Below are positions 56,042 through 64,000 of a DNA stretch of 64,000 nt, in pieces; the stretch's first letter is position 1; each line of letters begins with the position of its first letter. The notes below the pieces were generated by a model. It was not told the origin of the DNA, made no database searches, and saw only the letters and a program-made list of their open reading frames with translations. A program made the translations under genes and the position numbers. Origin of the DNA: Acidobacteriota bacterium (GTDB taxonomy: Bacteria; Acidobacteriota; Aminicenantia; UBA2199); the NCBI GenBank assembly GCA_039714255.1, contig JBDLJQ010000005.1, forward strand, positions 11,914 through 75,913, written 5' to 3'.

Positions 56042-57330
56042 TGTCTGACAAAAAAAAAGAATCAAAAGAATTTAAAGAAATTTATAATGATTATATGGCG
56101 GAATTGATAGGAGATGGTGCTGCTAATGAAGACCTGAGAGAAGCGATCTCAAGGGCAAAAACTTCATATCGTAATAATTTGAAAAGATCACTTGAAGCTT
56201 TCCCGGAATCACAGGAATATATGGAGAAAGCCAGAAAAATAAAGGAATATTCCATTGACCATATGGAAGAGCTGGTTGAACAGACAATGAAAGCTGTAGA
56301 GAGAAATCATGGGAAAGCTTATCTTGCAAAAGATGCAGAAGATGCAAACAGGATAATAAGTGAAATAATCGGTGAAGATAAAAAAACTATCGTAAAAGGT
56401 AAAAGTCTTACAACTGAAGAGACACATTTGCGGCAGCATCTGCAGAAAGAAGGGCATGAGGTATGGGAAACCGATCTGGGAGAATTTCTTGTTCAGTTAA
56501 AAGATGGAAGGCCTATGCATACATTAGCTCCTGCAGTTGACCTGAAAAGAGAAGAGGCATCCAAACTTATATCAAAAGCCACCGGGGAAAAAATTTCTGA
56601 AACAAATATTGAAGAGATGGTAATGGCGGTCAAAAAGTTTTTACGTCAAAAGTATATAGATTCCGAGATCGGTATAAGCGGGGCTAATGCGGTTGCTGCG
56701 GAAACGGGGTCGCTTTTTATTATCGAAAATGAAGGTAATATAAAATTATCTACTGCTCTTCAGGAAAAACATATTGCACTAGTGGGTGTCGAAAAAATAG
56801 TGCCGACCCTTGATGATGCATTTCATATTTCAAAAACTACCTGGCGTTTTGCTAATTATATAGTGCCCTCTTATGTTCATATGATATCGGGCCCTTCTAA
56901 AACCGGTGATATTGAAAAAGTTATTACTTATGGTGCCCACGGGCCGAAAGAATTCCATCTGGTCCTTCTTGATAACGGAAGGTTAAAAGTTTCCAAGGAT
57001 GAAGAGTTCAAAGAGATCCTGAAATGTCAGAAGTGCGGGGCATGTATGTATGAATGTCCGGTTTTCTGGGTTACAGCGGGCCATTTCGGGAAACAATATC
57101 CCGGAGGTATTGGAGTGTTATGGGATGCTTTTGTTGCTAAGGATATTAAAGAAGCTGCACCTGCAGCATTCTCATGTGCATTATGCGGAAGGTGTGGTGT
57201 CAGGTGCCCGATGGGTATCGATTCCTCTAAGCTTATTCAAAAACTCAGAGAACAGATGGTTAAAAAAGGGTATACTCCTGATACCGTTAATGATGTCAGG
57301 AAAGAGTTCTTTAATTTTGATAAAGAATAG
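56041..57330 (+). CDS. lutB: LUD-domain + 2x[4Fe-4S] lactate utilisation protein (LutB/LldF-like)
   Basis: KGKSLTTEE, ETDLGEF..Q, ENEGN, SGPSKTGDIE, HGPKEFHLVLLDNGR, CQKCGACMYECP and CALCGRCGVRCP motifs. Confidence 0.8.
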   Translation: MSDKKKESKEFKEIYNDYMAELIGDGAANEDLREAISRAKTSYRNNLKRSLEAFPESQEYMEKARKIKEYSIDHMEELVEQTMKAVERNHGKAYLAKDAEDANRIISEIIGEDKKTIVKGKSLTTEETHLRQHLQKEGHEVWETDLGEFLVQLKDGRPMHTLAPAVDLKREEASKLISKATGEKISETNIEEMVMAVKKFLRQKYIDSEIGISGANAVAAETGSLFIIENEGNIKLSTALQEKHIALVGVEKIVPTLDDAFHISKTTWRFANYIVPSYVHMISGPSKTGDIEKVITYGAHGPKEFHLVLLDNGRLKVSKDEEFKEILKCQKCGACMYECPVFWVTAGHFGKQYPGGIGVLWDAFVAKDIKEAAPAAFSCALCGRCGVRCPMGIDSSKLIQKLREQMVKKGYTPDTVNDVRKEFFNFDKE

Positions 57331-57365
57331 AGATCGTATTTTTTCGTAAATTTAAATAATTAGAT

Positions 57366-57406
57366 AAAAAAAAAGGGAGATAAAAAATATCTCCCTTCAG
57401 TTTTTT
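57366..57406. terminator. Bidirectional terminator between convergent genes
   Basis: A-tract, AAGGGAGATA-loop-TATCTCCCTT, then a T-tract. Confidence 0.75.
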
Positions 57407-57448
57407 AATATTAATTTATTGTCTGAACAATATTGTTCTTTCTAATAG

Positions 57449-57868
57449 CTATTGCATTTGCATAGCTTCGTTGAATTTTTTATATGCTTCCTGAAATTTT
57501 GGATCCTGCATGAACTTCATCATTTTTGCACCCAGAGCCATCATTTTGGGTCCCAACTCTTTCATTCTTCCTTCAAACTCTTTGAATTCATCGGGAACAT
57601 TACCACCCTTAAACATATCTTTCATTTCCGGATATTTTTCTTCCAATGCTTTCATTCTGGGTTTGAGTGTTTCCATTTTTGTTGCAAATTTTTCTAATGC
57701 AGCAATAGCACCATCAACATCATCGGTTTTATTCATATCTGCGATATAAGTATCAAATAGATTGAATGATTCTTCCATTATGGCCTTAGGTGTATCGGCT
57801 TTTTTTCCGCAGCCGGTTAAAACGAACATGATCATTATTGTGACCAGAATTAATGTAATTTTTTTCAT
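57449..57868 (-). CDS. Hypothetical helical lipoprotein
   Basis: Lipobox LTGC; GGAGG before the ATG at 57868. Confidence 0.78.
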   Translation of the reverse strand: MKKITLILVTIMIMFVLTGCGKKADTPKAIMEESFNLFDTYIADMNKTDDVDGAIAALEKFATKMETLKPRMKALEEKYPEMKDMFKGGNVPDEFKEFEGRMKELGPKMMALGAKMMKFMQDPKFQEAYKKFNEAMQMQ

Positions 57869-57943
57869 AATTCCTCCTGAATTACTATATATCATACTAT
57901 TTTTTTTTTTTCTATTAAATGATGGATAAAAAAGGACAAAATC

Positions 57944-59089
57944 TTAATAAAGTTCGATTTCAACTAATCGGGTTTCGATAGGGCCGTTAAATAAAATGAT
58001 ACATCTCTTCGGGCGAAGTCCGATCTTTTTAACAAGAGATGTACTCCCGCAGAGTAAAAATGCTTTTGATCCTTTACATTTCTTTTTCAGAAAATCACCG
58101 AAATCTTTATAGATCCTTTGTGTTTCTTCGAGTGAACCCAGTCTTTGCCCGTAGGGGAGGTTAGATATGATCGTATGGTTTTCCAGATTGTTTATATCCC
58201 TGAAGTCCGTTCCGTTTATAAAAACATCCTTTCCACCGGGAATCTCCATCAGGTTCCTTTTGGAAGCTGACACAGCATCAGGATCAATATCACTTCCTGC
58301 TATTATATCCCCTGGAAAGTTGAGAATTTTTTTATCGCACTCATTTTTAACATCTGACCATATTTTTTCTTCAAAATCAGGAAGAAAATAAAATCCATAA
58401 TTATGGTCTTTAAACCCGGATGGGAGGTTTCTGTATTTTAAAAGAGCTTCGGAAAGTATTGTCCCTGATCCTGCCATAGGGTCATAAAGGGGAGTCTCCC
58501 CCCGCCAGCCGCTTATATTTAGAATAGCAGCTGCCAGGGTTTCGTGAATGGGGGCTTCAACACTTTGAATACGGTATCCTCTTTTATGAAGAGCTCTGCC
58601 GGATGTATCAAAACTGATAGTACCTTTGTTGTTCCTTATGTTCAGATTTATACTGACCTGCGGATCTTTTGTATCAACATATGGCCTTTTTCCAAACTTT
58701 TCCCTCAACCGGTCAGCAATGGCATCTTTTAATTTTAAAGCAGCAAATTTGGAATGTTTGATATTACTTCCTGAGACAGAAGAAAATACAGCGAACGTTA
58801 ATTCAGGATTTAAAAATTCTTCCCAAAGGATGCTGTAACCATTTTTATAAAGTTCATCTTCATTATAAACAGGAAATTTTTTTAAAGGAGCAAGGACCCT
58901 GCTTATGGTCTTTGCCATATAATTGATCTTGTACAGGCCTTTTTTTGAAGCTTTGAAATATAATCCCCTGAAGGAAGTTTTACAATCTATGCCGCCCAGT
59001 TCTTCAATCTCATTTTTTGCTGTTTCCTCAAGGCCTCTCTGTGTCTGAGCAAAATATTCGTTCTCTTTTTGATATAAAAATTTTTCCAT
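57944..59089 (-). CDS. THUMP-domain RNA methyltransferase (RlmL/YpsC-like)
   Basis: LHKRGYR..EAPIHETLAAA, DPMAGSGT and NLPYGQRL motifs. Confidence 0.9.
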   Translation of the reverse strand: MEKFLYQKENEYFAQTQRGLEETAKNEIEELGGIDCKTSFRGLYFKASKKGLYKINYMAKTISRVLAPLKKFPVYNEDELYKNGYSILWEEFLNPELTFAVFSSVSGSNIKHSKFAALKLKDAIADRLREKFGKRPYVDTKDPQVSINLNIRNNKGTISFDTSGRALHKRGYRIQSVEAPIHETLAAAILNISGWRGETPLYDPMAGSGTILSEALLKYRNLPSGFKDHNYGFYFLPDFEEKIWSDVKNECDKKILNFPGDIIAGSDIDPDAVSASKRNLMEIPGGKDVFINGTDFRDINNLENHTIISNLPYGQRLGSLEETQRIYKDFGDFLKKKCKGSKAFLLCGSTSLVKKIGLRPKRCIILFNGPIETRLVEIELY

Positions 59090-59101
59090 CTGTAATTGTG
59101 A

Positions 59102-59674
59102 TCAGGGTAAAACTTTCTCTTTTCTGTATTTTTTATATAAGTCGTTAAAATCTTCTTCCAGATTTTCTTCAAAAAGTTCCGCCCCTTTTTCAAGGATCGT
59201 GGGCAGAACTGCTGATTCATCTTTATTAAAATTCCCGAGGACATAAGATGTGATATCCGAATGAGACGGGCGGGAAATCCCCAGCCGGAACCGGTTAAAA
59301 TCTTTTGTTCCAAGTGAAGCAGTAACAGAACGCAAACCGTTATGGCCTCCCAGGCCGCCCCCTTTTTTAAAACCGATGATGCCAAAATCCAATTCCAGGT
59401 CATCATGGATAATTGCAATTTCTTCAATTTTTAATTTATAGAAAGAAGCAGCCGAGGCAATAGATAAACCACTTCTATTCATAAAGGTATCAGGTTTAAT
59501 AATAAAGATCTTTTCACCCAGGAGATATGTTTCTGAAAACAGCCCTTTGAACTTTTGCTGCCATTTAAGATCATTATAAAAAGATAAATATTCGATCATC
59601 TGCCATGCAATATTATGACGGGAGAATCTATATTCAGGGCCCGGATTTCCTAAAGCTGCAATAAGTCTTATCAT
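59102..59674 (-). CDS. pth: Peptidyl-tRNA hydrolase
   Basis: LGNPG.EY..SRHN, KP.TFMN.SG, HDDLEL, GGHNGLRS and RLGI.RP motifs. Confidence 0.96.
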   Translation of the reverse strand: MIRLIAALGNPGPEYRFSRHNIAWQMIEYLSFYNDLKWQQKFKGLFSETYLLGEKIFIIKPDTFMNRSGLSIASAASFYKLKIEEIAIIHDDLELDFGIIGFKKGGGLGGHNGLRSVTASLGTKDFNRFRLGISRPSHSDITSYVLGNFNKDESAVLPTILEKGAELFEENLEEDFNDLYKKYRKEKVLP

Positions 59675-60159
59675 TCTTTGTTTTCAAAAAATCCTTTTCT
59701 TACTCTGGATATCACTGTAGGGTTGTCATCGCCGATAATTCTTTTATCCGCATCATTAATGTTGAAGAACCCTCTTACTTTAAATGGCAGATCATATGAA
59801 TCTTTTTTGTAGAGATCACTGAATCCTTTTCCCTGTTCGATCTCAAGAGAGTTATAACCTCTTGAGTTATCACTTACGGGAAGTTTAACTTCAACAATTT
59901 TTGTGATCCCTGAACTTTTTTTATCAAGCATATCCTTAAATATTCTGGATTCTTCATTTGTAAATTGTTCACTTATATAATCTTTGGCTGATTTCTTTTT
60001 TCCCTTTTCCAGATTGTCATAATTTATGATAAGCTGCTCAAATTTAAAAGGAAAACTTTCTCTCTCTATAATGAACCAGTTAAATACAACATTGTCATAA
60101 AAAATATTTTCATATGAAACTCCATTCATTATGGAGTAGACCCTGAACAATTTTTCCAT
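59671..60159 (-). CDS. Hypothetical protein
   Basis: GGAGG SD and ATGA overlap with pth; no family recognised. Confidence 0.7.
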   Translation of the reverse strand: MEKLFRVYSIMNGVSYENIFYDNVVFNWFIIERESFPFKFEQLIINYDNLEKGKKKSAKDYISEQFTNEESRIFKDMLDKKSSGITKIVEVKLPVSDNSRGYNSLEIEQGKGFSDLYKKDSYDLPFKVRGFFNINDADKRIIGDDNPTVISRVRKGFFENKE

Positions 60160-60250
60160 ATAAAATCCTCCGATTATTTTAACAAAATATAATACAATTA
60201 TTAAATAAATTCAATCATAAACTGGGACTTTATCCTATTTTTCAGCTATT

Positions 60251-60280
60251 TTGACATTATATTTCTTTTTATGTGATAAT
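60251..60280 (+). promoter_or_regulatory. sigma70 promoter
   Basis: TTGACA-18 nt-GATAAT with an extended TG, upstream of the REC-GGDEF gene. Confidence 0.5.
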
Positions 60281-60312
60281 ATTGTTAATAAAATCAAATT
60301 TTATTATAAAGG

Positions 60313-61251
60313 GTGACGATGCCGAGAAAAAGCGACAAGGTTATGAAGATTCTGGTTGTTGATGATGAGATTGATGCCCTTGAACTTTTAAAAGAATACC
60401 TTGAAGAGAAAAATTTTATAGTTGTATCATCTTCTGATCCCATTAAAGCCTTAAAAATAATTGAGACTGAAAGTATTGATCTCGTTATTGCTGACCTTAA
60501 GATGCCTAAAATGGATGGTATTGAACTTACAAAAGAAATAAAATATATGAATCAGGAAATGCCGGTAATAATAATGACAGCGTATGCATCTATTGAATCG
60601 GCAGTTGAATCGATAAAAGCCGGTGCGTCTGATTTTATAACAAAGCCGTTCAGATTTAATCACACATTGTTTGTGATAAACAAAGCTCTTGAAACAAAAA
60701 GGCTTTCTCTCCTTGCAAAAAAGAGTGATTATTATAAAAAACTTTCCAGAATAGATGAACTTACCAAATTGTATAATTTCCGTTCTTTTAAAAAGGTTCT
60801 CAGTCAACAATTAAAAGAACATAAAGAGATGGGTAAGGAACTCAGCCTTATGATGGCTGACATTGATGATTTTAAGAATGTTAACGATTCTTACGGCCAT
60901 CAGTCCGGTGACAGAGTTCTTAAAGATATTTCAGCGATCTTTCGAAAATCTGTACGTGGATGTGATTTTCTTGCCCGTTATGGCGGAGAAGAATTTGCCG
61001 TGATCCTTCCTGAAACGGACAGTAAGGCTGCGTTGAAGGTAGGGGAGAGGATTTTAAAGGAGATATCAGGTTTTCAGTTTAAATCAAGAGATGAAAAATA
61101 TATAGGTAAATTGACAGTAACAGTGGGATTATCTACATTCCCGGTTGATGGAAAATCAGTGGATAAACTCCTTGAAACGGCTGATAAGGCTCTTTACAAG
61201 GGAAAAGAGTCCGGTAAAAATACGATCTGTACTATTAACAAATGTTATTAG
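60313..61251 (+). CDS. Response-regulator diguanylate cyclase (REC-GGDEF)
   Basis: VVDDE, ADLKMP, TKP; DIDDFK.VND.YGH, RGCD I-site, GGEEF. The start could also be 60319 or 60343. Confidence 0.93.
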   Translation: MTMPRKSDKVMKILVVDDEIDALELLKEYLEEKNFIVVSSSDPIKALKIIETESIDLVIADLKMPKMDGIELTKEIKYMNQEMPVIIMTAYASIESAVESIKAGASDFITKPFRFNHTLFVINKALETKRLSLLAKKSDYYKKLSRIDELTKLYNFRSFKKVLSQQLKEHKEMGKELSLMMADIDDFKNVNDSYGHQSGDRVLKDISAIFRKSVRGCDFLARYGGEEFAVILPETDSKAALKVGERILKEISGFQFKSRDEKYIGKLTVTVGLSTFPVDGKSVDKLLETADKALYKGKESGKNTICTINKCY

Positions 61252-61280
61252 CGTTTTCCCCTGTTTGTATTATTCCAAAT

Positions 61281-62495
61281 TTATTTTAATAGTTGAGAGA
61301 GCCTCTCTATACCTGTATAGATCTTGTCAATATCCGGGTAAGAAAAATTCAGCCTTAATTCATTTTTCTTTGCGGTTCCGCTGGGATAAAATTTGGCTCC
61401 GGGAATAAATGCAACCTTATTTTTTATTGCCATTTCGAAAAGACTGGAAGTATCAACTGATTCATCAAATGTTACCCAGATAAACATTCCGCCTTCAGGT
61501 TTGGTCCATGTTATTCCAGGAGGCATGAACTTTTCAAGTGATTCCAACATTGCATCACGTTTGGGTTTATAAAGGTTTATGATCTTGGAAATATGGGGTT
61601 TCATATATCCTTTTTCGATAAATCTGGCAGTAACTCTCTGTGTCAGGCAATCAGGGCTTACAGTTGTTTTCTGTGCCCACTTGACCATATGTTTAATGAT
61701 ATCCGGCGGGCCGGCTGCAAATCCCAGCCTTAATCCCGGCCCCAGTATCTTGGAGAAGGATTTGGCAATGGTAACCAGTTTCGGGTCATTGAATTCGGTT
61801 CTGGCTATTTCCCAGAGTGTCATTACTCTTTCTCCGGAAAATCTGAGTTCTCTATATGGCTGATCCTCAAGGATCGGAATCCCGAACTTCATAGCAACTT
61901 TGATTATATCCCGCCTCCTTTCAATGTCCATTGTCTTACCTGTTGGATTGTGGAATTCAGGAATTACATAGATGAATTTTACAGGATCATTATTTTCCGT
62001 TAATTTTTTCAACTTATCTTCAAGGAGGTCAGGCCTCATTCCGACATCATCCATTTCAATTCCTTCAAGGCGTGCTCCACATGCTTCCATGGAAGAAATG
62101 GATCCCGGGAAACTTGGTGCTTCGCAAAGGATTATATCTCCAGTGTTAATAAGTGCTCTGGTAAAATAGTAAATACCATTTGTTGATCCTACTGTTATCA
62201 TCAGTTCGTCATCTGTAAGATAGGGGACATTTTCAAAATCTTTTATTATATCTTTAAAGACCTTATCACCTTCACTGGCTCCATACTGAAGAGCTTCGTG
62301 CCCTTCTTCCATAATTATTTCGGCGAATAGTTTTGACAATATTTCTCTTGGAAAGGCATCAGGATGGGGCAGGCCGCCTGCAAATGATATTATTCCCTCC
62401 ACACCTTTTGTTACTTTGAGAATTTCTCTTATAAAAGAGTGTTCCATAAGGTTTGTAGCCTCAGAAATTAAACTTTCTATTTTTGAAGTTTTCAT
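61281..62495 (-). CDS. PLP-dependent aminotransferase class I/II (LysN/ARO8-like)
   Basis: SFAGGLP, LQYG, HNPTG, EDQPY, SFSKILGPGLRLG, PEGGMF and LRLNFS motifs. Confidence 0.9.
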   Translation of the reverse strand: MKTSKIESLISEATNLMEHSFIREILKVTKGVEGIISFAGGLPHPDAFPREILSKLFAEIIMEEGHEALQYGASEGDKVFKDIIKDFENVPYLTDDELMITVGSTNGIYYFTRALINTGDIILCEAPSFPGSISSMEACGARLEGIEMDDVGMRPDLLEDKLKKLTENNDPVKFIYVIPEFHNPTGKTMDIERRRDIIKVAMKFGIPILEDQPYRELRFSGERVMTLWEIARTEFNDPKLVTIAKSFSKILGPGLRLGFAAGPPDIIKHMVKWAQKTTVSPDCLTQRVTARFIEKGYMKPHISKIINLYKPKRDAMLESLEKFMPPGITWTKPEGGMFIWVTFDESVDTSSLFEMAIKNKVAFIPGAKFYPSGTAKKNELRLNFSYPDIDKIYTGIERLSQLLK

Positions 62496-62511
62496 TAATA
62501 TATCTCCCTGA

Positions 62512-62545
62512 TAAACAACCCGGGAGTTAATTCCCGGGTTGTTTA
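62512..62545. terminator. Intergenic hairpin between hom and the aminotransferase gene
   Basis: TAAACAACCCGGGA-GTTAAT-TCCCGGGTTGTTTA, a 14-bp stem; terminator or mRNA-stability element. Confidence 0.55.
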
Positions 62546-62552
62546 ATAGTAA

Positions 62553-63569
62553 CTATTTATTATTGATCTTTATCAAGTCTGTCAAAATTGAGAATCCTGT
62601 CTCAATTTTTCCTGCACCGGGGCCTACAATTGTCACATCTCCAAGCATGTCGGTGGAAAAGGTTAAGGCATTTGTAGCTCCCATTACTCCTGCAAGGGGG
62701 TGGGAAAGGTTTACAATTTCAGGAGAAACAGATCCGGTAACTTTACCGTTATTATTCTCAACACTTCCAATCAGTTTCCATCTTCCATTCTCATTTTTTG
62801 CTTTATCGATATCATCCGGAGTGATCTCTGTTATTCCTTTGCAGGAAACATCTTCCACTTTCAAAGAAGCTCCCATCACCACATTTGCCAGTATGGTAAC
62901 TTTTCCGCGTGCATCGTACCCTTCCACGTCACCTGTTGGATCTGCTTCTGCATACCCTTTTTCCTGTGCGATCTTTAGAACCTCGTCATAAGCCATCCCT
63001 TTTTCCATCTCGGTCAGCATATAGTTGGTTGTACCGTTAAGTATACCTCTGATCTTTGAGATGCTGCATCCTGCCAGAGGGCCTTCGGATAAATTTAACA
63101 CAGGTGTTCCGGCACAAACGGTTCCTTCGATGAGAAATAACGCATTATTCTTATCTGCAAGTTCTTTCATTTCCGGATAAGCTAAAGCTGCAGGTCCTTT
63201 ATTGCTGGTAACTACATTCTTACCTGCATTAAGAGCTGCTCTGCAATGATCCATTGCCGGCCCTCCTGTTTCCAGGTCAGTATATGTAAGTTCACATATA
63301 GTGGTTGCATTGCTTTCCTTTATCATTGTGACATTGTCCCAATCTTTAAGATCTTTTGAAAATTTCCCCCCTTCTCCGGCTTCTTTAAGCATAAAAGGGA
63401 TATCAAGGCCGTTCGGATTGTAAACGTTACCATAATTAAAATCTGAAACCGCAACTATCTTATAATTAAAACCATATTTCTTACTTAAATATTCTTTTTT
63501 ATTGAGAAGTATCTGGCTTATACCCTGTCCTACAGTACCGAATCCCAATAAAGCTATATTATGTTCCAT
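62553..63569 (-). CDS. hom: Homoserine dehydrogenase (short form, no ACT domain)
   Basis: GFGTVG, VVTSNKGP, EGTVCAGTP, GILNGTTNY, GYAEADPTGDVEGYD and GPGAG..ETG motifs. Confidence 0.93.
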   Translation of the reverse strand: MEHNIALLGFGTVGQGISQILLNKKEYLSKKYGFNYKIVAVSDFNYGNVYNPNGLDIPFMLKEAGEGGKFSKDLKDWDNVTMIKESNATTICELTYTDLETGGPAMDHCRAALNAGKNVVTSNKGPAALAYPEMKELADKNNALFLIEGTVCAGTPVLNLSEGPLAGCSISKIRGILNGTTNYMLTEMEKGMAYDEVLKIAQEKGYAEADPTGDVEGYDARGKVTILANVVMGASLKVEDVSCKGITEITPDDIDKAKNENGRWKLIGSVENNNGKVTGSVSPEIVNLSHPLAGVMGATNALTFSTDMLGDVTIVGPGAGKIETGFSILTDLIKINNK

Positions 63570-63578
63570 ATTTTCTCC

Positions 63579-64000
63579 TTATCTGTATGAAAGTTTTCCG
63601 AAAGTTGCTTTATGCCCCTTTCTCATTATATTTTTTGCATCCTCTGAACATCGGACGCACTTGTAATAGACCACATCTCCGATCTTTTCACCATTTGCAA
63701 GCCTTTCGTCCTTCGGGAGAAAATAGGCGGCCATTGTATCAAGTTCCCTGGAAGTTCCGTCACTTTCATATTTGATGGTCATATCTGTACCGGATCCAAT
63801 CACCTTAAATGCATTATCTGTCCAGTCAAAATCCGCAAGCCCGAGATCGGGGTTTATCCTGAGGTGTCCTGCAACGGAAACATTAGGAATACCGGACTCT
63901 TTCAGTTCCTTTGCACATTGAATGAACATGTCAGGAGATTGTCCGTTACCCAGGTTGATCTCATAAATAGCAGTGGAACCATCTTCCCTGATATATTCCT
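63579..64000 (-). CDS. Unidentified protein, C-terminal part only (starts beyond the right edge)
   Basis: The frame is open to the window end (EYIREDGSTAIYEINLGNGQSPD-MFIQC...); its stop abuts the AAGGAG SD of hom. Confidence 0.65.
   Translation of the reverse strand, partial: EYIREDGSTAIYEINLGNGQSPDMFIQCAKELKESGIPNVSVAGHLRINPDLGLADFDWTDNAFKVIGSGTDMTIKYESDGTSRELDTMAAYFLPKDERLANGEKIGDVVYYKCVRCSEDAKNIMRKGHKATFGKLSYR

Noticed and set aside
57900-57911. Poly-T tract (also poly-A near 53513 and 9450) as a phase-variation site
   Set aside because: Homopolymers are common in these very AT-rich intergenic regions, and there is no evidence of length variation.
60313-61251. REC-GGDEF protein as a novelty
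   Set aside because: Canonical architecture with intact active and inhibitory sites.

Overview
AT-rich bacterial chromosomal window from an anaerobic, probably diderm, peptide/organic-acid fermenter. The gene repertoire resembles Aminicenantes/Acidobacteriota-type sediment bacteria, but this is inference only. Contents in order: (1) a tightly coupled minus-strand operon hdrC-hdrB-korD-korA-korB-korC-hdrA-mvhD-flx/fdhB-like, running off the left edge, in which a complete 2-oxoacid:ferredoxin oxidoreductase is nested inside a heterodisulfide-reductase module; (2) small secreted orphan genes, including a beta/gamma-crystallin protein with a cytolysin-D4-like tail, five of which share an upstream motif at near-fixed spacing; (3) DUF485-actP acetate permease followed by a membrane-bound Cache-PAS-PAS-CBS-DUF294 nucleotidyltransferase receptor; (4) a P3-less (tungsten-type) Moco riboswitch with a visible SD-sequestering switch ahead of wtpABC-moeA-moaA-moaC-MOSC-mog; (5) housekeeping genes; (6) a peptide-scavenging block (M14, SSS, DUF5916, C69); (7) a bacillithiol neighbourhood (short bshC, bshB1, bshA, DinB, possible N-methyltransferase); (8) ABC exporter, PKD/beta-barrel protein, LutA/LutB-like pair, THUMP methyltransferase, pth, REC-GGDEF, aminotransferase and hom. 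No rRNA, tRNA, CRISPR array, transposase or phage gene was seen. All calls come from reading motifs by eye; no database searches were run.
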